From positions 1 to 44,309 of the forward strand of contig JABACC010000005.1 in the NCBI GenBank assembly GCA_014237915.1: DNA of 44,309 nucleotides, written 5' to 3'. Source of the DNA: Candidatus Paceibacter sp. GTDB taxonomy: Bacteria > Patescibacteriota > Minisyncoccia > Phycocordibacterales > GCA-2747955. The notes below the pieces were generated by a model. That model had not been told where the DNA came from and did not search any database. It saw only the letters and a list, made by a program, of their open reading frames with translations. Positions 1 to 8,433 of this stretch are shown one piece after another. How positions within the stretch are numbered: position 1 is the stretch's first letter; every line of letters begins with the position of its first letter. The translations under genes were made by a program, and so were the position numbers.

Positions 1-123
1 GACAAACACTTTATTTTCAATTGTTTAAAAACAAAGTGTTTGCCTCATTTGAACCTATTTAAATGTAAAGAACGAACTATGCAAGTATATCATGTATAAG
101 TGGTAAAATCAAGCACTTTAATG

Positions 124-560
124 CTATTTTATTTCCACTAGTGTTAGGGGATCTATGTCTGAGAGAGCGGATGAAAAAACTATTTTAGTATTAGCGATAT
201 CTTTTAGTTCTTTTTCTAGCCAAAGATTAAAACCTTTCTTGCCCCAAGCTTTATTGTCTCTTGCAATAAAAATTAATTTGGATTTTTTTTTATTTTTTTT
301 TAAATAAAATAATAATGATTCCCAAATTAAAGCATCTCCTAATTTATTATCTTTTGGAGGATTACCTTTATCTAGTCGTAATCTAGAAGATTGAATAATT
401 TCTGAATTTTCATCTATATATTCTGCTTTGTTAAAAATAGACTTTAATTTTTGATTTGCCTTGCTCCTAATACTTCTAAATCTCTTATTTATATCTTTAT
501 CTTTCTTGTTTAGAAGTCTTACTTCATTATTTATTTTTTTTTTTTAAACTTAATACTCAT
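124..560 (-). pseudogene. PIN-like (DUF4935-type) nuclease fragment, frameshifted in an A12 run
   Basis: ATG at 560 reaches TAA right after A12. One extra A gives 145 aa containing KGNPP..LGDALIWESLL..LIFIARD, recalled as the C-terminal half of PIN-like domains. Not in the ORF track. Confidence 0.55.
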
Positions 561-566
561 AGCAAA

Positions 567-1733
567 TTAATCTATTAAATTAGGCTGACCTCCCAACAAT
601 CCCTCTTTATAATATTCCCCATAATTTTTATTTATTTTTTTATCACTTTTTACCATTTTATATAATTCAATAATTTCTGTCTCTACTTTATTTTTCTTTT
701 CAATTATTTTAATTTGGTCTGACCTCAGATCGTTTAGAAGATCTGGATTATGAGTTGAAAATATAATTTGAATATCTTTTCTCTCTTCTAAAAAAGTTTT
801 TAAAACAAAGTTAGCGAGCTCAATATTGAGACTTGCCTCTATTTCGTCAATCAACAATATGTTGCCTTTTTGTTTTATATCTAAAAAAGAATATATTAAT
901 TTTATAAAAGTTTTAGTTCCTTCTGATTCTGCTGAAAAATTTAAGGAAAAAGTTTCTTTTTTCCTGTTGGAATGCGTAAGTTTTAGATTGAAAAAAGACT
1001 TCTCGGTTAACCCAGAAAATGTTTGAACCATCCGTCTGTCCTTAACTAGCTCTACGTCCACTATAGAAAAATCTGCTTTATATAAAAAATCTAAAAATTT
1101 TTCTTTAATCTCAGGTTTTTTAATCAAGGAAAAGTTATTCTCATCTGCAAAATTAATCTTTTGATAACCTCCTTTTATGTCTCCAAAAAAAGAATACACT
1201 GGTTTCAAAATTTTAGAGCCAAGCTGCGAAGCTCTCGATAAAAATAAGGTTTCCTGTATGGTTTGATCTTTTTTATTTTTCAAATCTGCCTCGTATTTTC
1301 TTCCAAAACTAAAAACTTGTTTTTTTCTTTCAAAAATTTTTTGTTTTTTAGGAGAAAAAATACTTAAAGATTCTTTTAGTATTTGTTTCCTGTCGTGAGA
1401 AAACTTATATTCATATTTAGTATTGTTTATAATAAATGTAATTTCAAACTCGGTGGGTTCACCTTTTTCGTTTAATTCAAAATTTTGGTATAAAATTCCT
1501 TTATCTGGAAAATGGTTTTCTGAATTTAAAACAAGATTTTTTATAAATGTAATAGCTTCAATTACATTACTTTTTCCAGAAGCATTCTGTCCCACTAAAG
1601 CAATTGACCTTAATAAATTACTTTTTTTATTTACATAAAAATCTTTACCACTTTCTTTTGATTTTTTTTCAAAACTTATTTCTTGCCAATCTTTTATTGA
1701 TTTAAAATTTTTTATTCTTATTTTTTTTATCAT
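567..1733 (-). CDS. AAA_21/RloA-like ABC-type ATPase
   Basis: IKNFKSI start, Walker A GQNASGKSN, ESEGT signature, Walker B LLIDEIE, H-loop FSTH. Confidence 0.85.
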   Translation of the reverse strand: MIKKIRIKNFKSIKDWQEISFEKKSKESGKDFYVNKKSNLLRSIALVGQNASGKSNVIEAITFIKNLVLNSENHFPDKGILYQNFELNEKGEPTEFEITFIINNTKYEYKFSHDRKQILKESLSIFSPKKQKIFERKKQVFSFGRKYEADLKNKKDQTIQETLFLSRASQLGSKILKPVYSFFGDIKGGYQKINFADENNFSLIKKPEIKEKFLDFLYKADFSIVDVELVKDRRMVQTFSGLTEKSFFNLKLTHSNRKKETFSLNFSAESEGTKTFIKLIYSFLDIKQKGNILLIDEIEASLNIELANFVLKTFLEERKDIQIIFSTHNPDLLNDLRSDQIKIIEKKNKVETEIIELYKMVKSDKKINKNYGEYYKEGLLGGQPNLID

Positions 1734-1874
1734 ATTATTTAAAAAAGTTAATTAATAGCAATATTAATTGCTTTAGTCTATCAAAAACAAATTAAAAGTC
1801 AAATAATTGTTAAAAAAATACAATCTTTATTTTTGATATTCTGATTATATCACAAGGAAAATTAGCTCTTAAAG

Positions 1875-1907
1875 AAAAAGGATTTTGCCGCAGGCAAAAT
1901 CCTTTTT
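1875..1907 (+). repeat. GNA-triloop hairpin (GCA)
   Basis: aaaaaggattttgcc-GCA-ggcaaaatccttttt, 15-bp perfect stem. Confidence 0.9.
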
Positions 1908-1931
1908 GTTTTTATTTTAAAAATAAATTTT

Positions 1932-1972
1932 AAAATAAAGAGTGCGGGCCGAAGGCCCGCACTCTTTATTTT
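1932..1972 (+). repeat. GNA-triloop hairpin (GAA)
   Basis: aaaataaagagtgcgggcc-GAA-ggcccgcactctttatttt, 19-bp stem. Confidence 0.9.
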
Positions 1973-2004
1973 TTGGATTTTGCCGCAGGAAAAATCCAAA
2001 AAAT
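1968..2004 (+). repeat. GNA-triloop hairpin (GCA), one mismatch
   Basis: ttttttggattttgcc-GCA-ggaaaaatccaaaaaa. Confidence 0.85.
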
Positions 2005-2058
2005 TTTCTAAAATAATTCTAATTTTAAAAAACTAACTTTCTAAATTTCTAAAAATTT

Positions 2059-2499
2059 TTATTTAAGTGGTAAATCACTTCCCTCTCCTGCAAATTTTGT
2101 TTCAACAAATCCCATAATTGCTCCTATTACTATTCCATCTAAAAGCGCCCAATATGGAGAAACTAATCCTGTCCAAGAAACTAAATCTGACTGCATTAAA
2201 ATATTTATATTTTCATAACTCAAAAGAACAAACATTAAATAAAAAACAAATCCTACCGCAGGCCCTCTAAACCACCAGTGCATTTTAAAATCTAAAACTG
2301 GGTGTCTGTTAAAAATCCCAGCAAAGCCAATTGTTGCTCCCATTAATACAAACATTATAAGCGCCCCAACTCCAAACTCACTTATTAACGGAAAACCATA
2401 AGAAGGTAAAATAATAATAACTATAAGCCCTATGATAAGACCGATAACTTTTCCAAGAAAAATTCTTCCTGAAATAGATTTTAATTTAAAATTAAACAT
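2059..2499 (-). CDS. hypothetical multi-pass membrane protein
   Basis: 146 aa with about four hydrophobic Gly-rich segments. Confidence 0.75.
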   Translation of the reverse strand: MFNFKLKSISGRIFLGKVIGLIIGLIVIIILPSYGFPLISEFGVGALIMFVLMGATIGFAGIFNRHPVLDFKMHWWFRGPAVGFVFYLMFVLLSYENINILMQSDLVSWTGLVSPYWALLDGIVIGAIMGFVETKFAGEGSDLPLK

Positions 2500-2589
2500 A
2501 ATAAAAATAAATAACGAATAAAACTTAAAAATAAGTTACTTTTATTTTAAAATAAATTTGAAAATATAAAAGTTAAAATTGTGGAAAAA

Positions 2590-3294
2590 TTAAATTTTTG
2601 GAGTATTTACAGCTAAAAATTCCAAAATATTTTTTGAGCTCGCTCCTTTATTTCCTAAATATTTTTTTAAAATTAAAAATTTTTTATAAAAATTTTCAAA
2701 ATCTTCTATAAAAAATTTATTTTTTTTCAGAGCCTCAACCTGCTTTTCTAAAATTTTTTTTTCTAAATCTTTGACAAAAAAAATGCTTTTTTTCTCATCT
2801 AAAATTTCTTTTATTTTTTTTTCTCTTTGTGAAAAATTATTTTCTAAAAAAATTTCAATTTCTTTTTCTGGAAAGTAGAAATCTTTTGAAAAATCAATAA
2901 TATTTGCTCTTGATAAAATTGTATCCAAAACTCCAGAAAGAGTTGGTAAAAAAAGAAAATAAAAATTATTTTCCCCTCCGTCTTCAAAAGTTTTCAAACT
3001 TGCATTTTGAACATCATATGGAAATTTATCTGTATTAATTATAAAAATTTTTTTGAAAGATTTTGATTTTATGATTGTTTTTTTTTCAAGCTCCCTGATT
3101 TGGTTCATTGAAATTGAATCTTTTCCCTCTTCTGGTTTTATTTCAAAAAAAATATCTTCATCTGAAAAATTAAAATCTTCTTTTAAAAATTTCCAAAAAT
3201 CTTCTTTTAATTTTTCGTATGATCCGACGATTAAATTAAAATGAAAAAAATAAGGTAAACTTTCTTTTAATTTTTCTTGTAAATTTTCTTGCAT
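2590..3294 (-). CDS. holB: DNA polymerase III delta'-like clamp-loader subunit (short, divergent)
   Basis: ISMNQIREL, QNASLKTFED and LDTILSRA resemble delta' motifs; no intact P-loop. Confidence 0.65.
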   Translation of the reverse strand: MQENLQEKLKESLPYFFHFNLIVGSYEKLKEDFWKFLKEDFNFSDEDIFFEIKPEEGKDSISMNQIRELEKKTIIKSKSFKKIFIINTDKFPYDVQNASLKTFEDGGENNFYFLFLPTLSGVLDTILSRANIIDFSKDFYFPEKEIEIFLENNFSQREKKIKEILDEKKSIFFVKDLEKKILEKQVEALKKNKFFIEDFENFYKKFLILKKYLGNKGASSKNILEFLAVNTPKI

Positions 3295-3320
3295 TTTTTT
3301 ATGTGAAATTTTTCTAGGAA

Positions 3321-3361
3321 TTTTTTTGGCGGATTTGGCGAAGCCAAATCCGCCAAAAAAA
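3321..3361 (+). repeat. GNA-triloop hairpin (GCGAAGC core); may double as mreB terminator
   Basis: tttttttggcggatttggc-GAA-gccaaatccgccaaaaaaa, 19-bp stem. Confidence 0.9.
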
Positions 3362-3394
3362 TAAAAAATAATTTTTTATTTTTTTATTTCTTTT

Positions 3395-4417
3395 TTATTT
3401 TTTGGAAATAACAGCTTTTTTGTAAACATCTAAATGCTCTAAAGCAACACCAGTTCCTTCGGCCACCGCAGTTAGTGGCGAATCGGCTAAAATAGCTTTT
3501 ACTCCAGTTTCTTTTTCAACAAGATCTGTTAAACTTCTTAATTTTGAAGTTCCTCCTGTCATTATAATTCCATTTTCAATAATATCAGCTGCCATTTCTG
3601 GTGGGGTTTCTGCTAAAACATCTTTTATAGCTTTTATAATATCATCAAGATTTTTAGAAACTGCTCTAACAATATCGTTTGTTTTAATTTCAATTGTTTT
3701 TGGTAGTTCAGTTGTGTAATCGAGGCCAGAAACTTTCATTTTTAATTGCTGTTTTGGAGAAAGTAAAATAGCTCCTCCAACTTTTACTTTAATTTTTTCT
3801 GCGGTTTTTTCTCCAATCGCTAGAGAAAAATTTTTTTTAACATAATCAATTATTGATCTGTCTATTTTGTCTCCAGCTGATTTTACAGAGTTTGCCACCA
3901 CAATTCCCCCAAGAGAAATAACGGCAACGTCTGTGGTTCCTCCACCAATATCTACAATCATATGCCCTCCTGGTTCTTCAATTTTTATCCCTGAACCTAT
4001 GGCTCCCAAAATTGGCTCTTTTACAATGTAAGCTTTTTTAGCTCCTGCTTTAATCGCTGCTTCAATAACAGCTCTTCTTTCTGTGGAATTTATTCCTGCT
4101 GGAACTGAGATCATTACTTCTGGTTTAAAAAAAGAATTTTTTCCTAAAGCCTTTTTAATAAAATAAGAAAGCAGAGCTTCTGTTACCCTGTAGTCTGCGA
4201 TGACTCCGTCTTTCATTGGCCTGTAAGCAATAATTTCATCTGGAGTTTTTCCTATCATTACTTTTGCTTCAGTTCCCACAGCTAAAATTTTTTTATCAAC
4301 TTCGGAAACTGCCATCACTGAAGGCTCGTTTATAATGACTCCTTTTTGAGGAACAAAAACTAAAACATTTGCTGTTCCTAAATCGATACCAAGTTTGGGT
4401 GTAAGAAAATTAAACAT
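3395..4417 (-). CDS. mreB: rod shape-determining actin-like protein MreB
   Basis: GIDLGTAN, RPMKDGVIADY, VDIGGGTTDVAVISLGG. Confidence 0.97.
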   Translation of the reverse strand: MFNFLTPKLGIDLGTANVLVFVPQKGVIINEPSVMAVSEVDKKILAVGTEAKVMIGKTPDEIIAYRPMKDGVIADYRVTEALLSYFIKKALGKNSFFKPEVMISVPAGINSTERRAVIEAAIKAGAKKAYIVKEPILGAIGSGIKIEEPGGHMIVDIGGGTTDVAVISLGGIVVANSVKSAGDKIDRSIIDYVKKNFSLAIGEKTAEKIKVKVGGAILLSPKQQLKMKVSGLDYTTELPKTIEIKTNDIVRAVSKNLDDIIKAIKDVLAETPPEMAADIIENGIIMTGGTSKLRSLTDLVEKETGVKAILADSPLTAVAEGTGVALEHLDVYKKAVISKK

Positions 4418-4508
4418 AAAAAAATTATAACAATTTTTAGATTTAGAAAAAAGAAAATGTTTTAAAAAAATTTAATTTTTAAAAATTATTTTTTAAGATT
4501 TTTAAAAA

Positions 4509-4537
4509 GGCGGATTTTGCCTTCGGCAAAATCCGCC
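4509..4537 (-). repeat. GNA-triloop hairpin (GAA on minus strand)
   Basis: ggcggattttgcc-TTC-ggcaaaatccgcc. Confidence 0.9.
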
Positions 4538-4602
4538 ACAAAAAAGCAAAATAAAAAACAAAGATTTTCTCTTTGTCTTTAATTTATTTTTATTTTATTT
4601 TG

Positions 4603-4676
4603 TGGACCTGAGAGGATTCGAACCCCCGGCTTCCTCAGTGCAAGTGAGGCGCTCTAGCCAACTGAGCTACAGGCCC
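4603..4676 (-). tRNA. tRNA-Ala(TGC)
   Basis: Cloverleaf GGGCCTGTAGCTCAG...GTTCGAATC, anticodon loop cTTGCAc, G3:U70 pair; CCA not encoded. Confidence 0.95.
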
Positions 4677-4730
4677 AAAATATACTGGAAAATTATACCA
4701 AAAAAGAAAAATAATGAAAATTTTAAGAAA

Positions 4731-4755
4731 GTGGATTTTGCGAAGCAAAATCCAC
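4731..4755 (+). repeat. GNA-triloop hairpin (GCGAAGC core) between the two tRNA-Ala genes
   Basis: gtggattttgc-GAA-gcaaaatccac. Confidence 0.9.
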
Positions 4756-4777
4756 AAAAACATTTTTTTTATATTTG

Positions 4778-4850
4778 TGGACCTAAGCGGATTCGAACCG
4801 CTGACCTCATCGCTGCCAGCGACGCGCTCTACCAGCTGAGCTATAGGCCC
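4778..4850 (-). tRNA. tRNA-Ala(GGC)
   Basis: Cloverleaf GGGCCTATAGCTCAG...GTTCGAATC, anticodon loop cTGGCAg, G3:U70 pair. Confidence 0.95.
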
Positions 4851-4904
4851 AATTTTTCGAAAAAAATTATTTTTTATTGTATCAAAAAAATTAAAAAATT
4901 TGCA

Positions 4905-4939
4905 GGGTGGAAAAATTGGCTCCGCCAATTTTTCCACCC
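4905..4939 (-). repeat. GNA-triloop hairpin (GGA on minus) in a divergent spacer
   Basis: gggtggaaaaattggc-TCC-gccaatttttccaccc. Confidence 0.9.
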
Positions 4940-4969
4940 CTCACCCATTCTCTAAAAAAATATTAAAAA

Positions 4970-4978
4970 TGTTATACT
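4970..4978 (+). promoter_or_regulatory. extended -10 promoter for a predicted leaderless dprA mRNA
   Basis: TGTTATACT followed by 6 nt and the ATG; the same geometry occurs at nine other genes. Confidence 0.7.
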
Positions 4979-4984
4979 TTTTTT

Positions 4985-5851
4985 ATGAAAAAAATTTTAA
5001 AAAAAGATTTCAAAAACACATTTTTAGAAAATCTTTTAGAGCTCCATGATTGCCCGAAAGAAATTTTTTATGAAGGAAAATTAGAAAATTTTTCAGACAA
5101 AAATTTAAAATTTATAACAATAGTCGGCTCACGCTCCGTTTCAGCTTACGGAAAAATGGCTTTAGAAAAAATTATTAAAGATTTGGAGGGATTTCCTGTG
5201 GTCATAATTTCTGGCCTTGCTCTTGGGGTGGATTCTTTGGCTCACAAATTTTCTTTGGAAAACAAATTGCCAACAATTTCTGTTCCCGGATCGGGCCTTT
5301 CGGAAAAAGTTTTATACCCTCGGTCAAATTTTTTCCTCGCTCAGGAAATTTTAAAAAAAGAGGGACTTTTGCTTTCAGAGTTTGAAGAAGATTTTAAAGC
5401 AACGCCTTGGTCTTTTCCTAAAAGAAATAGAATTATGTCGGCGCTGAGTGATTTTGTTTTAATTGTGGAAGCTCGGGAAAAATCTGGAACTTTAATAACC
5501 GCCAGAATGGCTTTAGAATATAATAAAAATATGGGAGTTGTGCCAGCTGGAATTTTTTCAGAAAGTGCAAAAGGTTCAAATAAATTAATTCGTGATGGAG
5601 CTTACCCGATTTTTTCAGGAAATGATATTCTAGAAATTTTAGGTTTTAGCACAGAAGAAAAAAAAGAAAAAAATTTAGACGAATTAAATTCTGAAGAAAA
5701 AGAAATTTACAAAATAATTTCCAGCGAAATTTCCAAAGAAGAAATTTTAGAAAAATCAAAATTTGAAAAATCAAAAACTTTAGAAATTTTATCTCTTTTG
5801 GAAATTAAAGGTTTTACTGAAGAAAAATTGGGAAAAATTTGGAAAAAATAA
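4985..5851 (+). CDS. dprA: DNA-protecting protein DprA/Smf
   Basis: IVGSR, ISGLALGVD, FPKRNRIMSALS, SGTLITA, C-terminal winged helix. Confidence 0.95.
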   Translation: MKKILKKDFKNTFLENLLELHDCPKEIFYEGKLENFSDKNLKFITIVGSRSVSAYGKMALEKIIKDLEGFPVVIISGLALGVDSLAHKFSLENKLPTISVPGSGLSEKVLYPRSNFFLAQEILKKEGLLLSEFEEDFKATPWSFPKRNRIMSALSDFVLIVEAREKSGTLITARMALEYNKNMGVVPAGIFSESAKGSNKLIRDGAYPIFSGNDILEILGFSTEEKKEKNLDELNSEEKEIYKIISSEISKEEILEKSKFEKSKTLEILSLLEIKGFTEEKLGKIWKK

Positions 5852-5878
5852 AACAACACCGTAGCGTTGTGGTAGTTT

Positions 5879-5908
5879 TTGCCCCCAAGTCGTGAAACTT
5901 GGGGGCAA
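5879..5908. terminator. probable intrinsic terminator between convergent genes
   Basis: ttgcccccaagt-cgtgaa-acttgggggcaa. Confidence 0.6.
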
Positions 5909-5918
5909 GAAATTACTC

Positions 5919-6143
5919 CTATGCAGCATCGGAGTTTTCTATTTTTAGAAGTAACCCTTGGGCTTTTTCTAGGGTTAGCCTCTCAATGCTCACACTGCTA
6001 TTTCCTCGGCATGTACCCCATAGCCTGGTAATGTCGCAATAATAAATCATTTCATCTTTCACAAAAAAAATATCCTCAAAAGAACTTTTTCCATTCAACT
6101 CTTCGCAGAGCTGTTTTATATCTAATGTCTCTGATGTTCTCAT
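5919..6143 (-). CDS. small hypothetical protein (start probably MRTSE)
   Basis: Open frame; AAAGGT precedes the ATG at 6143; lies just 3' of tRNA-Arg. Confidence 0.5.
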   Translation of the reverse strand: MRTSETLDIKQLCEELNGKSSFEDIFFVKDEMIYYCDITRLWGTCRGNSSVSIERLTLEKAQGLLLKIENSDAA

Positions 6144-6244
6144 AATATTACCTTTCTTCTCAGGTTTTTTGTGTCTGTGTACATCTAAATAAATAATAAT
6201 ACTTTTTAAAAATATTGCAAGTTTTTTAATAGCCATTTTTTTTG

Positions 6245-6316
6245 TCTCCTCGGTAGGAATCGAACCTACATCCAGTCCTTAGGAGGGACTTGTTTTATCC
6301 ATTAAACTACGAGGAG
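6245..6316 (-). tRNA. tRNA-Arg(CCT)
   Basis: CTCCTCG/CGAGGAG acceptor stem, anticodon arm agtcc-cTCCTaa-ggact, GTTCGATTC. Confidence 0.93.
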
Positions 6317-6333
6317 AATTTTTAGATTTTAAC

Positions 6334-6380
6334 ATATTTTAGGGCCGCAAAACGCGGAGCGTTTTGCGGCCCTAAAATAT
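6334..6380 (+). repeat. GNA-triloop hairpin (GGA)
   Basis: atattttagggccgcaaaacgc-GGA-gcgttttgcggccctaaaatat, 22-bp stem. Confidence 0.9.
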
Positions 6381-6408
6381 TTAAAATCTTTCTAAAAATT
6401 ATTTTTTG

Positions 6409-6437
6409 GGTGAAATTTGGCGAAGCCAAATTTCACC
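6409..6437 (+). repeat. GNA-triloop hairpin (GCGAAGC core)
   Basis: ggtgaaatttggc-GAA-gccaaatttcacc. Confidence 0.9.
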
Positions 6438-6439
6438 TT

Positions 6440-7480
6440 TTAATTATTTTTCTCTAAAAAAGTTTTTGATATTTTTTCAAGCTCATCTAAATTTTTCGCT
6501 TCCATCATTTCTATTCTTAAATCTTTTGCGCCCGAAAATTCATTTATATAAACTTTAAAAAACTTTTTCATTAAATTAAAATTTTTAGATCTTTTTCCAA
6601 AAAGTTTTAAATTTTTTTTATTTTCCCCAAACTCTTTTTCAAAATATTTTGTATGTTTTAATGCAAGGGCAATTTTTTCCGCAGAAGAAAATTGCTTAAA
6701 ACTTTTTTTATCATTAAAAATATAAGGATCTGAAAAAATTCCTCTCCCTATCATTACTCCATCGGCTCCTGTTTGTTTAATTTTTTCTTTTCCTTCTTTT
6801 TTTGAAAAAATATCTCCATTTAAAATTAAAATTGTTTCTGGGGAAATTCTATTTTTCATTTCGACAATTTCTTTTCCAAGCTCCCAATGAGCGGAAACTT
6901 TCGACATTTCTTTTTTTGTTCGAAGATGCACTTTTAAAGCGCTCGGCTTAAAAGAAAGCAAAAATTCTATCCAAGAAAGATCAATTTGGTTGTAACCAAT
7001 TCTTGTTTTAAAAGAAACTGGAAAATCTCCAACTGCCCCAAAAACTTCTTTTATTATTTTTTCTGTTAATTCTCGATGGTTTATAAGTTCTGATCCTGCT
7101 GCCTGTTTTAAAATATTTTTTGCAGGACAACCCATATTTATATCAACTCCATTAAAACCTAATTTTTTTACAAGTTTTGCAGACTCGGCATAATTTTCTG
7201 GTTTTCCTCCAAAAATTTGAGCCACAATTGGTTTTTGTTTTTTTTCATAATTAAACATTTGCAAAAGTTTTTCTCTTCCCTCTTTTGAGGAAAGTCCATC
7301 GCAAGAAACAAATTCTGTATAAAAAACATCAGGTGGGCCAATTTCTGAAATAATTTTTCGAAAAGGGTTGTCGGTAACATCAGCCATTGGAGCTAGGGCG
7401 AAAATCCCTTCGGGATTTTCGCCCTTCAAATCTTGCCAAAAATTTTCTTTTTTCTTTTTTTTAAAAAAATTAAAAAACAT
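6440..7480 (-). CDS. dus: tRNA-dihydrouridine synthase
   Basis: LAPMADVTD, YTEFV, DINMGCP, KTRIG, NGDI, DGVMIGRG. Confidence 0.95.
   Translation of the reverse strand: MFFNFFKKKKKENFWQDLKGENPEGIFALAPMADVTDNPFRKIISEIGPPDVFYTEFVSCDGLSSKEGREKLLQMFNYEKKQKPIVAQIFGGKPENYAESAKLVKKLGFNGVDINMGCPAKNILKQAAGSELINHRELTEKIIKEVFGAVGDFPVSFKTRIGYNQIDLSWIEFLLSFKPSALKVHLRTKKEMSKVSAHWELGKEIVEMKNRISPETILILNGDIFSKKEGKEKIKQTGADGVMIGRGIFSDPYIFNDKKSFKQFSSAEKIALALKHTKYFEKEFGENKKNLKLFGKRSKNFNLMKKFFKVYINEFSGAKDLRIEMMEAKNLDELEKISKTFLEKNN
7395..7425 (-). repeat. GNA-triloop hairpin inside the dus CDS
   Basis: agggcgaaaatccc-TTC-gggattttcgccct; encodes KGENPEGIFAL. Confidence 0.9.
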
Positions 7481-7502
7481 TTTTACTTAAAATTAAAAAT
7501 TT

Positions 7503-8357
7503 TTATTCCAAAAATCTATCATCACAAACTTCACCCGCAAGACAATAAACAATTTTATTTCCGTTTAAAGTATTTATGTACGCAAAATTATTTACAAAAA
7601 GTTTCGATTTTTTATTAACTTCAAAAACCTCGTTTAGCAAAAGTTTAGAGAAATTTTCTTCAAAAACTTTTAAATCTTCATCTCCATCGATAATAATTTT
7701 TTCTCCTCCCGGAGTTTCAAAAACAATATCTTCATATTTATCAAAATAAATTTTATTAATTTTTATATTTTTAGATTCAAAAAAATTATTTAAAAAGTCT
7801 ATTTTTTCAAAAATTTCTTTTTCCAAAACCCCTAAACTAAAATCCTCTAAATAAATTTTCACCAAAGATCTGTCCTCTTCTCTGACTTTTGTCCACCTGT
7901 AAGTTCCGTCTTCAAAAACAAAATTAACATTTTCAGGCAAAATTTTTTCATCTTTTTTAATTTGTTTTAATAAAACATATTTTCTCTCTTTTAACAAAAC
8001 TTCTACACTTAATTTTTCTCCGCTGTTTTTTGAAAAAGAAAGATTTTTAACTATTTTAATATTTTCAAAAACTTCTTTTTTAATTTCTTTAGAAGGTAAA
8101 TACAAAAAATTGTTTTTAGAAAAAATTAAAAAATACTTTTCTGATAAATTTTCTTCCACAATTTCATAAACTTCTTCTTTTAAAGAATTTTCTTCTGAGA
8201 TAATTTCTATTTCTTTTATTTTAAAATAATCAAAATTTAGAAAAAAAGAAAAAATAAATAAAACAAGTAAAAACGGTAAAACAAAAAAAAGCAAAAATCT
8301 AAAATTTTTTTTACGAATTCTTTTTTTACTTTTTCCTTTTTTAGGCCTGTAAAGCAT
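7503..8357 (-). CDS. FtsQ/DivIB-like cell division protein
   Basis: Basic N-tail, single TM, then FKIKEIEI POTRA-like start. Confidence 0.6.
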   Translation of the reverse strand: MLYRPKKGKSKKRIRKKNFRFLLFFVLPFLLVLFIFSFFLNFDYFKIKEIEIISEENSLKEEVYEIVEENLSEKYFLIFSKNNFLYLPSKEIKKEVFENIKIVKNLSFSKNSGEKLSVEVLLKERKYVLLKQIKKDEKILPENVNFVFEDGTYRWTKVREEDRSLVKIYLEDFSLGVLEKEIFEKIDFLNNFFESKNIKINKIYFDKYEDIVFETPGGEKIIIDGDEDLKVFEENFSKLLLNEVFEVNKKSKLFVNNFAYINTLNGNKIVYCLAGEVCDDRFLE

Positions 8358-8433
8358 AGTTAAGTAGAAAATATTTTAACATTTTTTCTTTTAGAAAATC
8401 TTAAAAATAAAAACTTTTTGCTAAAATAAATAA

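Noticed and set aside
4509..4537. CTTCGG read as an RNA UUCG tetraloop
   Set aside because: Stem symmetry is centred on the 3-nt TTC; a 4-nt loop register breaks pairing, here and in the other TTC copies
4602..4955. ORFs 4602..4955 and 4635..4937
   Set aside because: They overlap two tRNA genes and hairpins; spurious
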